This document shows, one piece after another, positions 29,257-38,765 of a stretch of DNA of 64,000 bases. The notes below the pieces were generated by a model, which saw only the letters and a program-made list of their open reading frames with translations, did no database searches and was not told the DNA's origin. A program made the position numbers and the translations under genes. This DNA is from Bacilli bacterium (GTDB lineage Bacteria > Bacillota_I > Bacilli_A > RFN20 > CAG-826): the NCBI GenBank assembly GCA_044372565.1, contig JBILRP010000001.1, positions 45,524 through 109,523 on the forward strand, in the 5' to 3' direction. The number at the start of each line of letters is the position of its first letter. Position 1 is the first letter of the stretch.

Positions 29257-29922
29257 TTACAAAATGTTAGACCATTGAATGGGGTTTAACCCTTGGAGGG
29301 TTAACCAGTGATTGGTTAATGAAAAATGTTTGCAACCAAACCACCCACCGCGATTGGCAGCTAAGGGAGAAGGATGATGAGCAAACAAAAGATGATGACG
29401 AGAATGAATCCATGATTGATATTGCTTGGCGTGACTCCCCCAGAGTAGAAAAACAATTGGTTGAGATAACGAACCAATCAACGTCATCAAATGTTGAAAG
29501 AAGATATCATACCCAAGATGCTGATGGGACAATGGTTTACCTTCTTCCACAGACAAAAGACTATTAATCATCAACACCCCTTGCGTGGCTAAATAAGATA
29601 AATCCCCTTGCGTGTAATCCATCTTGACGGATAGATCAGATTCGATTTCTTTGTAAATATTTTTTAAACTTGGCGGTAGCTTCACCCCAGGATGAACAGA
29701 AAAAGCTAACCCGTTAGCCTGACCTGGTTGATGATAAGGGTCTTGACCAATGATCACCACCTTCAATGATGATAACGGACATAATTCAAACGCACGAAAC
29801 ATCTTTTCTTGTGGAGGATAAATCTTTTTTTCACCATGAGCGCGTTTAAGAAACGTTTCTAGATGAATAAAATATGGTAATTGTTTTTCTTTAGCAAAGA
29901 AGTCATCCCATGTGTGCATCAT
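29257..29922 (-). CDS. ung: Uracil-DNA glycosylase
   Basis: Contains the motifs VIIGQDPYH and HPSPLAANRGGWFG. Confidence 0.94.
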   Translation of the reverse strand: MMHTWDDFFAKEKQLPYFIHLETFLKRAHGEKKIYPPQEKMFRAFELCPLSSLKVVIIGQDPYHQPGQANGLAFSVHPGVKLPPSLKNIYKEIESDLSVKMDYTQGDLSYLATQGVLMINSLLSVEEGKPLSHQHLGYDIFFQHLMTLIGSLSQPIVFLLWGSHAKQYQSWIHSRHHLLFAHHPSPLAANRGGWFGCKHFSLTNHWLTLQGLNPIQWSNIL

Positions 29923-29979
29923 CTTACATCTATCTTACTAAATTCGATGAAAGATTTGGTTTTTAGTATACTAATGGTT

Positions 29980-31080
29980 ATGAAATCGGTGTTTTTCCTG
30001 TTTAGTCATCCCGCCCCTTACAAAGTCAATCTTTTTAACGGTCTTTCTCAACACGTGGATTTAACCGTGTTCTTTGAAAGAACACTCGGAAGATATCAAC
30101 GAATGCAATATGTGGATCCAAATCGTTATCAATTTAAACATCGATTCTTAAAAGGTTTTCCGGTCGGAAAAGAAAACCATTTTAGCCTAGAGGTGATTGC
30201 TCATTTAAAAGCTCACTCCTATGATTATGTGGTCATGAATGGGTATTCCTCCTTGACCGAAATCATCACCATCCTCTACTTGCAACGTCACCGTATTCCT
30301 TATTACATCTATGTCAATGGCGGGATGATTCGCAAAGAATCTTTCTTGAAATTTCAATTGAAAAAAAGACTTATTTCCAAAGCGATTGGCTTTTTTTCTC
30401 CAACCAAATTCATTGATGATTACTTGGTTTATTATGGGGCCACCATCGACAAGATTGTCCACTATCCTTATAGCACCGTGTTTGACAACGAACTCTTAAC
30501 TCAGCCTTTATCAACCCAAGACAAGTTATCGCTAAGGAGAGTGATTGGTTTACCACTTGAAGGAAAAATCTTCATGGCGATTGGCGAATTTATTCCGCGA
30601 AAAAACTTTAGCGCCTTGATCCAAGCGTGGCGCAGTGTGCCTGCGTCCATGCATTTGATGTTGATTGGTGAAGGGAAGCAAGAGGGGCATTACCGTAGAC
30701 TGATTAAACGCTACCAATTGAAGAACATTCACTTAACCTCCTTTCAACCAAAGAACTTAATTCTTTCTTATCTACGATCAAGTGATGGGTTTATTTTACT
30801 GAGCAAAGAAGATATCTATGGCCATGTGGTGAATGAAGCACTATCCCAAGGGATACCCGTACTTGCCTCTGATAAAGTCATCGCTGCCAAGGTATTGATT
30901 CAGTCTGGTGTGAATGGATATTTACTTTCGCTTTTAGATATTCACCGCTTACCCAAACTGCTTCACCAACTTCTCTTGATCCAACCTTCCGTTGCAAGTC
31001 AAAGGATTGCAAAAAGTCAAACGATTGAAGCAATGGTTCAAACCCATGTTGATTTTTTCTTAGGACGTCTTCATGGCTAA
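29980..31080 (+). CDS. Glycosyltransferase, GT4/GT-B type
   Basis: The C-terminal half (GEGKQEGHYRRLI...EDIYGHVVNEALSQGIPVLASD) matches the GT4 EX7E region. The start is ambiguous among 29947, 29974 and 29980. I prefer 29980 because TATACT lies 7 nt upstream of it. Confidence 0.8.
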   Translation: MKSVFFLFSHPAPYKVNLFNGLSQHVDLTVFFERTLGRYQRMQYVDPNRYQFKHRFLKGFPVGKENHFSLEVIAHLKAHSYDYVVMNGYSSLTEIITILYLQRHRIPYYIYVNGGMIRKESFLKFQLKKRLISKAIGFFSPTKFIDDYLVYYGATIDKIVHYPYSTVFDNELLTQPLSTQDKLSLRRVIGLPLEGKIFMAIGEFIPRKNFSALIQAWRSVPASMHLMLIGEGKQEGHYRRLIKRYQLKNIHLTSFQPKNLILSYLRSSDGFILLSKEDIYGHVVNEALSQGIPVLASDKVIAAKVLIQSGVNGYLLSLLDIHRLPKLLHQLLLIQPSVASQRIAKSQTIEAMVQTHVDFFLGRLHG

Positions 31081-32224
31081 ACTCATCCTGATTGGTAGTG
31101 TCTTACCACCCATTATTTTTCAACAATGGTTAGATGCTGGGGAAGTCATCAACCCAAGTCACCAATTGTTTTTAACGCGCTTGATTGAAGGCGTTAGCAA
31201 TGAGCAAACCGTGCAAGTGTTAAGTTTGCCTCCTGTTAAAAAAACAAGTCCTAAAATATTCATGCCAGAAAACATTTTTCACTTAGGACAAACGATGTAT
31301 ATTCAGTTTCCGTTTCTTAATCACCGTTGGTTAAGACCAATGTCTTTATCCTTTCAAATTCATCGATACTTGAAAAAGTCGATACGTCAATCCACGGAGA
31401 ATATCATGCTGCTCATCGATGGCAATAGCCGCTTAGCAGGGTCAATCGCCTCACGTTATCAACATCATCCGCGCATCCAAACCATTGGCATCTTCACCGA
31501 TAGTCCAAAACAAATATCCAACATTCGTTCTCAACACATTCGGAGTTGGTATCGTCTGCATCGTCAACATCATGCTTACATCGGAATCACGGAAACTTTA
31601 TTAAACGAATTTAATCTTTCAAAAAGACCACAATGGGTTTTACCTTGTATCGTCGATGGCGTGGAAGGTGCAAAGCAACACGTTCGACCATATATCTTCT
31701 TCTCAGGGGCTTTGTATGAACGCTACGGCGTAGAAACCCTGATTCATGCTTATCTGCAATTAAAACCAAAGAATATTGATTTATTGATTGCAGGATTTGG
31801 TCCAGTCTCGCAACGAATTGAACAACTTAGTCAGCAGCATCGTCAGATTAAATTCCTAGGTTTACTCAACCCAACCTTAACTCGAAAATACCAAGCGGGA
31901 GCCTACGTGAATGTCAATCCACGCCCCTTGGATGAAAGCTTAGATAACGTCGCCATTCCTTCGAAAGTATTGGACTACATCAGTAGCGGTGCCCCAACCC
32001 TGACCACCCGTCATCCGTTTATTGAAGCACAATTCAATGATTATATTCATTACATTGAAGATAGTAGTGTCGATGGTATCAGGATTGCCATGAAACGATT
32101 TTTATCAGCCGATTATGGTTTGGCGCAAACCAACGCAATCAAAGCAAAAAATCTAGCCCTTCAATCCTTTGGAAAAGAAAAAATAGGTCATGACTTGGTG
32201 ACTTGGATCAATGCTTTGAAGTGA
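31073..32224 (+). CDS. Glycosyltransferase, GT-B type (divergent GT4-like)
   Basis: IFFSGALYERYGVETLIHAY...IPSKVLDYISSGAPTLT resembles a GT-B C-terminal domain. It overlaps the previous gene by 8 nt. Confidence 0.65.
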   Translation: MAKLILIGSVLPPIIFQQWLDAGEVINPSHQLFLTRLIEGVSNEQTVQVLSLPPVKKTSPKIFMPENIFHLGQTMYIQFPFLNHRWLRPMSLSFQIHRYLKKSIRQSTENIMLLIDGNSRLAGSIASRYQHHPRIQTIGIFTDSPKQISNIRSQHIRSWYRLHRQHHAYIGITETLLNEFNLSKRPQWVLPCIVDGVEGAKQHVRPYIFFSGALYERYGVETLIHAYLQLKPKNIDLLIAGFGPVSQRIEQLSQQHRQIKFLGLLNPTLTRKYQAGAYVNVNPRPLDESLDNVAIPSKVLDYISSGAPTLTTRHPFIEAQFNDYIHYIEDSSVDGIRIAMKRFLSADYGLAQTNAIKAKNLALQSFGKEKIGHDLVTWINALK

Positions 32225-33396
32225 CGTTCTAAGGTTTTGGTAGCAATGGTAGTAGAAAAATGTTCCTGATAAAAATTTTGATGTTGAGTTTTAATTTTTT
32301 CCCGTTCTTTGTCTGTTAGTTTTTTTAACTTCATGAGTAAGGCAGATAAGTTTTTCATCCCAGGAGCGAGTAAAAAAGTTGGAGGTAAAGCTTTCACCAA
32401 GGCAAGCCCGTCCCCTTGTAAGGAAGCAAGGATTGGTTGACCAAAGGGTAAATATTGAATAAGTTTATGGGGGATGGTTTTCCCAACGATGCCAGGGGTT
32501 TGTAAGCCGACATAAAAGGCATCGGCATCAATGAGAAATTTCCCAAGATTTTCAGGAGTTTGATGGGCATAAAAGTGAATCCGGTCTGCGATGGATAATT
32601 GTTTGACAAGTTGCTGCAGACGTTGGCCTTGATTCCCAGAACCGATGCAATGCAAATGCATGCTTGCAGGGGTCGATGCCCATGCTTTGATTAAAGTATC
32701 TAACTGTTGAATCACGCCAAAGTTTCCAGCGTAAACCATATGAAAACCTTCACCATATTGAATACTTTCTTGACCAACTTGTTCGATTAATGCCGGTTGA
32801 ACCATCGCGTCTTCAATGACGTGGGCTTTCCCCAATAACTTACGAAAATGGGGTTGATAACTCGGTGATCCTACAAGGATTTGATCCACCTGACGGTAGA
32901 GCGAATGACTCCATGACGTCAACCACCGATAGATGAACCCATTTTTTCGAAGAACCTTACTGACCAAGACGGATTCTGGCCAAACATCAACCGCATAGAG
33001 TAAGTGAGGAATTTGGTGTGCTTTTGCATACCGAATGGCTGGGGCAATACTCATCAGGGGTGATAAGGAAACTGACATCACCACATCGTAGCGACCACTT
33101 AACTGCATGATATCTTTTAATGCTGAACGATAAAACGTCACATAATTTCGAATGACGCTTAACCAAGAACGCCGACGTGGATACGTATGCACACGATGAA
33201 TATTCACGCCACTGACGATTTCATCGGTAATCTTTTGATAATCCTTAGGAATTTGCCCAAACCCATACTGAGGTTTACTCGTCACCACTTGCACATGATG
33301 GCCCAAACGAACAAGCCCCTCGCACAAATTGGTGATGGCAAAGCTTTCCGGGTGATAATACTGGGATACCACTAAAATTCTCATATTAACCTTCAT
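32188..33396 (-). CDS. Glycosyltransferase family 4 (WcaI-like)
   Basis: MRILVVSQYYHPESFAITNLCEGLVRLGHHVQVVT is a classic GT4 N-terminus. The start may be 33384. Confidence 0.8.
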   Translation of the reverse strand: MKVNMRILVVSQYYHPESFAITNLCEGLVRLGHHVQVVTSKPQYGFGQIPKDYQKITDEIVSGVNIHRVHTYPRRRSWLSVIRNYVTFYRSALKDIMQLSGRYDVVMSVSLSPLMSIAPAIRYAKAHQIPHLLYAVDVWPESVLVSKVLRKNGFIYRWLTSWSHSLYRQVDQILVGSPSYQPHFRKLLGKAHVIEDAMVQPALIEQVGQESIQYGEGFHMVYAGNFGVIQQLDTLIKAWASTPASMHLHCIGSGNQGQRLQQLVKQLSIADRIHFYAHQTPENLGKFLIDADAFYVGLQTPGIVGKTIPHKLIQYLPFGQPILASLQGDGLALVKALPPTFLLAPGMKNLSALLMKLKKLTDKEREKIKTQHQNFYQEHFSTTIATKTLERHFKALIQVTKS

Positions 33397-33422
33397 TATA
33401 GCCCATTCGGTATAATGGAGAC

Positions 33423-34331
33423 ATGACCACCAAGAACGCCTTCAGCCAATTCATCAGGATCCTTTTTTATCCTATGCGTTGGTTCATGATTCGTTTTCTG
33501 CCGGTGACTTACCTTCATTGGCAATATCGATTCATCACCGGAAAGAAGCTTCATTTAACAAAACCAAAGCTTTACACGGAAAAACTTCAATATCTCAGAC
33601 ATTTTGTTTTTCCTCAAGATCCCTTGGTGATTCGGGCCACTGACCGTGTTGCGGTGCGGGCAATGCTTGAAGAAAAAGGACTGAAGAAATACTTGGTGCC
33701 AACCTTGGGAAGTTATGATCGATTTGAAGCTATTCCTTGGAAGCAATTACCAACGCAATTTGTGCTTAAATGCAGTCATGCGTCTGGGTTCAATCATATT
33801 GTCTTGGATAAAGATCAAGTTCATCTACCTTCGCTTCAACGCAAATTTAATCGGTGGTTGAGACAAGATTATGGATTAACAACCTTGGAACGTCACTACT
33901 CCCCGATTCCAAGAAAAATCATCATTGAAACCTATTTAGGGTTAGCGACCAGTTTACCGATTGAATATAAAATCCATGTCTTTCATGGCCAAGCAAAATA
34001 TTTGTATGTGGTCACCGGACGAGGCGCGGATATTCGCTACACCCATTTATTGATCAATTGGACACCCTTTCCAGGCGCACAATTCAACGGATGGAAATCT
34101 GCCGATTATCCAGTGGTAGAACCAGACAAGTTTAAAACCATGGTTCAACTCGCAGAAAAACTTGGTTCACCCTTCCCCTTTGTTCGTGTGGATTTATACT
34201 CCATCAAAGGAAAGATCTACTTTTCTGAATTGACCTTTACCCCGGCAAAGGGTACATTAAAACTATCAGACCCCCTCGTGGATGCCCAAATGGGAGAATG
34301 GTTAATCTTAGATGAACACGAAACACATTAA
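33423..34331 (+). CDS. TupA-like ATP-grasp amidoligase family protein
   Basis: Its ~300-aa length, KPKLYTEKLQYLR..., FVLKCSHASGFN and FVRVDLYSIKGKIYFSELTFTPAKG match my recollection of the ATPgrasp_TupA family. Confidence 0.65.
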   Translation: MTTKNAFSQFIRILFYPMRWFMIRFLPVTYLHWQYRFITGKKLHLTKPKLYTEKLQYLRHFVFPQDPLVIRATDRVAVRAMLEEKGLKKYLVPTLGSYDRFEAIPWKQLPTQFVLKCSHASGFNHIVLDKDQVHLPSLQRKFNRWLRQDYGLTTLERHYSPIPRKIIIETYLGLATSLPIEYKIHVFHGQAKYLYVVTGRGADIRYTHLLINWTPFPGAQFNGWKSADYPVVEPDKFKTMVQLAEKLGSPFPFVRVDLYSIKGKIYFSELTFTPAKGTLKLSDPLVDAQMGEWLILDEHETH

Positions 34332-35070
34332 ATGGCCTTTGACCTTATCCACCGTTTTGTTAACGGCATGTGGCGCAGATGTCGCCTCGGTTTATTCGCG
34401 AAGTTTATATCACACCACCATCTTCAATCAAAATCATTATGTCGATACGGTCTTAACGACTACCTTTGCATCGGATAACATTACCCAAACTACCTCAGCG
34501 ATAACCTTTGAGTTGGACGACGTCAATCAGGTGGTTCCGACCAGCATTGATGATGCCAATGGAGACGCCTTTGCCTTAAACAATCAATTAAGTTTGGCGT
34601 TACCAAGTCTTAACTACGGCATTGAATCCAAACTATTTGATGGGATTTTATATTGCACCGACGCGCAACGTTTATCTAAATCTCGCTTACAACTGTTACC
34701 CACAGGCATGGGGTATCGTTTTTCTAAACCGATCCTGAGCTCAGAAAACAACACCTTAGGGTTGTTCATGAAAGCAGGCGCTGACACCGATGGCGGGGCC
34801 AGCCATATTACCTCGCTGATCGTCCATCTTTCTCTTTATCAAATTGATGGGGATGGTTATCAGAAAATCGATTTAAATATTCCTATTGATAATCTTGTCA
34901 CGAGTTTTTATCCAGGGTTTTACCAAGTCAACCTACCTGAAGGATTCCTTGAGAACACGATTGGATTTGGGTTCCGTTATACGATTGTTAATCCAATACC
35001 TTCCAGCGATCTGCAAACACTGACGGGGATTTTTCTTTACGAAGTGTTGTTTCCTTCTTCGGTTTTTTAA
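34312..35070 (+). CDS. Lipoprotein of unknown function
   Basis: The signal peptide carries the lipobox LLTAC (MNTKHIKWPLTLSTVLLTACG). It overlaps the ATP-grasp gene by 20 nt. Confidence 0.7.
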   Translation: MNTKHIKWPLTLSTVLLTACGADVASVYSRSLYHTTIFNQNHYVDTVLTTTFASDNITQTTSAITFELDDVNQVVPTSIDDANGDAFALNNQLSLALPSLNYGIESKLFDGILYCTDAQRLSKSRLQLLPTGMGYRFSKPILSSENNTLGLFMKAGADTDGGASHITSLIVHLSLYQIDGDGYQKIDLNIPIDNLVTSFYPGFYQVNLPEGFLENTIGFGFRYTIVNPIPSSDLQTLTGIFLYEVLFPSSVF

Positions 35071-36484
35071 TGGTTAATATCTCTTTTGTCCGGGTTGATG
35101 TAGCTTTGTTTTTTGGTTTGGACTTATCCGTGGTTAAGAATCCAACCAAGGGATCGATCATGATCGTCCCCATGAGTAACACCATCACCATCCATAACGG
35201 TTCATCCAGCATTAATCTAGGATTCAATCTTAGGTCCTCTCGGATAAACGGATAGAGCTGGGTTTGAAAGGTTTGATACAGCATAAAGACGGTCACCAAC
35301 CAGACAAGCGTCATTCGCATCGATTCATTGACGGTTTTATCTTTGCTAAATTGAATCAGTTGATTCGTGAAGAAAACCCCAATCAAGATCAAGCCAAGCA
35401 GGGCAAACACACCAGCCTGATGAATCGTGTCAAAGAAGAATGAAAAGGTGGTTGTTAAATATTGACCAGAAACGATGATCGGGGCAAAGCCTCCAAAAGG
35501 GTAAGTGAAAACCGATCGTAACACTTCTTGGTAGCCCTCAATCAGCGGGAAATCTAAGATGGTGTCCAGGGGACCGAATTGTTTCACCAAGGTGCCGATG
35601 CCAAACACATCATACGTATCGATGAAGAATAACGTCACCATGAAGGCAATAAACCCAAGCAATCCATACAACGTTGGTTTTAACCAACGTTGATACGATT
35701 GATAAAACTTAGGAAGTTTTGGCGAGAGATAAATCAATCCTGCTAGCAACAAAGAAATCAGTAATGGACTTAGGATGGGTAAAAAGATCACACCCATCAG
35801 ACCAACCATGGTGGGCAATAACCACCAAACATGAAGACGCCAATCTTTGAACTTAAACGTTGTTAAGGAATGAATCTGTGATAACCACGGAGTCAACAAA
35901 AGGGTTAAATAAAAAGCCATGTAGTCAACGGTGACTTCTTTGAATGCCAACCCCACTAACCACTTCACTTCTTCACTGACAACATAGACTTCGCCATTGA
36001 CGTAAATCACTTGGCCAGCAAAAACCAAACGATAAAAAGGAAGGTATCGGAATAAGGTGTAAAAAATATTGATAAGGACAAATAAAGATAATCCTAATAA
36101 TAAGGTTTTGATGATCACCTCATAGGTAATCTGATATTTTTTGACCGCGATAAACCCTAAAAAATAAGTCGCAGAAAACCCAAGGGCTAACAACCCATTT
36201 CTTAACCACGACCCTGATTCAAGATAAAGCGGAGAGATACTCAGGAATAACGTAAAGATGGTTAAACTCGTCACCATCAATCCTAAATCGGTTCGTTGAT
36301 AATCACTAAAAGACCGATAATCTTTGATGAAGAAAAATACCCCTAAAGCAAGGGCAATCAATAAATAGACGGATTGAATACCAAACAATTGAAACCCAAC
36401 AATAAACAACGCTTGGACCATCAATAAGTGATACCACTTCTGTTGTTTGAATAAATTCAAGAAAGGATTACCAGTACGCGCCAT
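34988..36484 (-). CDS. Large polytopic membrane protein, possibly an O-antigen polymerase/ligase-like (Wzy/WaaL) protein
   Basis: A 498-aa protein with ~12 or more hydrophobic helices and a basic C-terminal tail. Its placement in a glycosyltransferase cluster suggests the function. The functional call is context-based only. Confidence 0.45.
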   Translation of the reverse strand: MARTGNPFLNLFKQQKWYHLLMVQALFIVGFQLFGIQSVYLLIALALGVFFFIKDYRSFSDYQRTDLGLMVTSLTIFTLFLSISPLYLESGSWLRNGLLALGFSATYFLGFIAVKKYQITYEVIIKTLLLGLSLFVLINIFYTLFRYLPFYRLVFAGQVIYVNGEVYVVSEEVKWLVGLAFKEVTVDYMAFYLTLLLTPWLSQIHSLTTFKFKDWRLHVWWLLPTMVGLMGVIFLPILSPLLISLLLAGLIYLSPKLPKFYQSYQRWLKPTLYGLLGFIAFMVTLFFIDTYDVFGIGTLVKQFGPLDTILDFPLIEGYQEVLRSVFTYPFGGFAPIIVSGQYLTTTFSFFFDTIHQAGVFALLGLILIGVFFTNQLIQFSKDKTVNESMRMTLVWLVTVFMLYQTFQTQLYPFIREDLRLNPRLMLDEPLWMVMVLLMGTIMIDPLVGFLTTDKSKPKNKATSTRTKEILTIKKPKKETTLRKEKSPSVFADRWKVLD

Positions 36485-37421
36485 GTTCCACCTTTTCTGC
36501 CCCTAATGGTTTCTCGCTAGGGCGTATCCACGCTTCATTGACATATTGGGCAACATGTTTTCTTTGTTCCCATCGTTTACCAAGAATCCCAAACATGGTT
36601 TGCGTCGCCCCACCGGTTTGTATTGCTTGTCTACCCATGGTTTTGACAAACCAAGCAAGGTGAGATCCATAAGCACCTGCGCCGATTAATGCAACATCAA
36701 AATCGTGTTTCATCACATCGACTTTCATCGCATCCAACGCATCAAACCAAGTAGAATATCGTTCATCGGTGGCATCGGCAATCGTTTGAACCGCTTTTAC
36801 TGTGATCAGGGTAAATTCAGGTAAAGTCCCTTGAGGAAATAGATGCTTTCGGTTGGCGTATTGTTTTTGAATATCCTTCGCAAAGGGAGAGACCACCAAC
36901 ACCCGCTTGCCTTGTAATGCTTGAATCCAATCGCCACGTAAAGGTTCAAATGCTTCATAAGGAATCACATTGGCCCCATTAAAGTAACGTTGATACATAT
37001 ACGATTCCATATGAATGCCGGAAATTCCTAGGATATCTGTTTTCTTGGCTTCCTTCACAAAATGCTTCGCATAAAATGTGAGTTGTTTATCGATGGTCGG
37101 GAAAAAACCTGCATTTTGTTTCATGCTCATGACCACACTCGGTTTATAAGTGTTCTTAAGTCCTAATAAGATCTTCTCATGGTTATGGACGGCACCCATT
37201 TCCACGGCGCCAATGCGAACCGCGGCAAACGGTTCTTCTTTTAAGATCGCTGCTTTTAAAACATCATTGCCATGTTGAAGGGTTAAGTTTTTAAAATGAA
37301 GAAATTGAAGGGTTGATTTCTTGATTCTAAAAAGTTTCCATTTCAAAACATCCCATGAACTTTTTAAAAACTCACGTTGATAGGTTTGTCGATTTAAACC
37401 AAGGGGTAGTAACGATTGCAT
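36468..37421 (-). CDS. Hypothetical protein, possible GT-D-fold (DUF1792-like) glycosyltransferase
   Basis: LIGAGAYGSHLAWFVKTMGRQAIQTGG resembles the GT-D Rossmann segment. TATAAT lies 7 nt upstream of the ATG at 37421, while the tracked ORF starts at 37430. The function is weakly supported. Confidence 0.4.
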   Translation of the reverse strand: MQSLLPLGLNRQTYQREFLKSSWDVLKWKLFRIKKSTLQFLHFKNLTLQHGNDVLKAAILKEEPFAAVRIGAVEMGAVHNHEKILLGLKNTYKPSVVMSMKQNAGFFPTIDKQLTFYAKHFVKEAKKTDILGISGIHMESYMYQRYFNGANVIPYEAFEPLRGDWIQALQGKRVLVVSPFAKDIQKQYANRKHLFPQGTLPEFTLITVKAVQTIADATDERYSTWFDALDAMKVDVMKHDFDVALIGAGAYGSHLAWFVKTMGRQAIQTGGATQTMFGILGKRWEQRKHVAQYVNEAWIRPSEKPLGAEKVEHGAYW

Positions 37422-37437
37422 TGATTTCATTATACAA

Positions 37438-37466
37438 AGAAAAAACCGAGGTGGTTAACCTCGGTT
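37438..37466 (-). terminator. Rho-independent terminator after pfp
   Basis: The minus strand reads AACCGAGG-uuaacca-CCUCGGUU followed by UUUUUCUUU. Confidence 0.8.
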
Positions 37467-37478
37467 CATGGATTTGAT

Positions 37479-38678
37479 TTACTTCACTCTAACCTTTTTA
37501 AGAATGGCGCGTTTGACCAACCCGTGTTCATAGACAAATTTGGGACTACCTTTGAGCAAAGGACGAACATATCGTTTCATCAAGGTTCCATCGCCATGGA
37601 CATCCACGACCCATTCTGGTGGTAATTTTTTTTCTACGTTTGCAATTTTGTTGAGTTTTTGTAATTTAAAGCTGACTTTGTATGGATCATCACTCTTACG
37701 GACAATCACCACCATCGAATCGGTTTTTCCTTTGACAGCTTTCTTGACTGCAAGGGAAGATACTTTGATCGCTTCTTTGGAATCAACCAAAGTGATGTAT
37801 TGAGCTGCAGCACGTTGCATCAATGAGAATTCGATTGGCCGGGTGCTGAATCCAAAACGTTCTTTGACGATTTGGGCTAATTGATACGCAACTCCACCCA
37901 TTTGCACGTGACCAAAGCCATCGACTTCTTTTCCTTGATGAGGCATTTGCGTGAGAATCCCTTCCGAGACCACAAACAAAGCTTTTTTCTTTTGGTCATA
38001 AACGTCTTTGACTTCTTGGAGGAAGGTTTCTAAGTTAAAGGTATCTTCAGGTAAATAAATGCGATCGGCTTTGACATCGCCTTCTAAGAGGGTGGCCACG
38101 GCAGTTAACCAACCAGCATTCCGACCCATGACTTCAACAATGGCAACTTTGCCTTTGTTATAGACCATGTTATCGATGGCAACATCTTGTAAGGTTTGGA
38201 TGACAAATTTTGCTGCCGAAGGAAATCCTAAGCAATGATCCGTATTCGCTAAATCATTATCGATGGTCTTGGGAATCCCAATGACATTGCAGTCATAGCC
38301 AACTTCTTTCATTAATTTGGATAACTTGTGGCATGTATCCATGGAATCATTGCCACCGTTCACCAATAAGTACCCAATGTTGTATTTCTTTAATGTCGCT
38401 AAGATTTTTTGATAATCCGGGTGATTGACATCCCCACTTAATTTATAACGGGCGGTTCCAAGGATGGCCCCTGGGGTTTGTTGGAGTAATGAAACCGTTT
38501 CTTCTGATTCGGCCCTTAAGTCAATTAAGTTGTCATTGAGCACACCTTCAATGCCATATAAAGAGGCATAAATGCCACCGATTTCAGGATGGAGCTTCGC
38601 TTCTTTAATCACCCCATATAATGAGGTATTAATCACGGACGTGGGACCACCGGATTGAAAGTAAAGTAGATTTTTCAT
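37479..38678 (-). CDS. pfp: Pyrophosphate-dependent 6-phosphofructokinase (PPi-PFK type)
   Basis: PFK-family motifs are present. GGNDS and PKTIDND carry Asp and Lys where ATP-dependent PFKs have Gly and Gly, which is the PPi-type signature. Confidence 0.8.
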   Translation of the reverse strand: MKNLLYFQSGGPTSVINTSLYGVIKEAKLHPEIGGIYASLYGIEGVLNDNLIDLRAESEETVSLLQQTPGAILGTARYKLSGDVNHPDYQKILATLKKYNIGYLLVNGGNDSMDTCHKLSKLMKEVGYDCNVIGIPKTIDNDLANTDHCLGFPSAAKFVIQTLQDVAIDNMVYNKGKVAIVEVMGRNAGWLTAVATLLEGDVKADRIYLPEDTFNLETFLQEVKDVYDQKKKALFVVSEGILTQMPHQGKEVDGFGHVQMGGVAYQLAQIVKERFGFSTRPIEFSLMQRAAAQYITLVDSKEAIKVSSLAVKKAVKGKTDSMVVIVRKSDDPYKVSFKLQKLNKIANVEKKLPPEWVVDVHGDGTLMKRYVRPLLKGSPKFVYEHGLVKRAILKKVRVK

Positions 38679-38765
38679 GATTTTTTTCCTTTGACGTGAT
38701 TATTATACGAAATTTTAATAGAAAATTCTTACGAATCATCATTTCATCCTTTATAATCAAGACGT

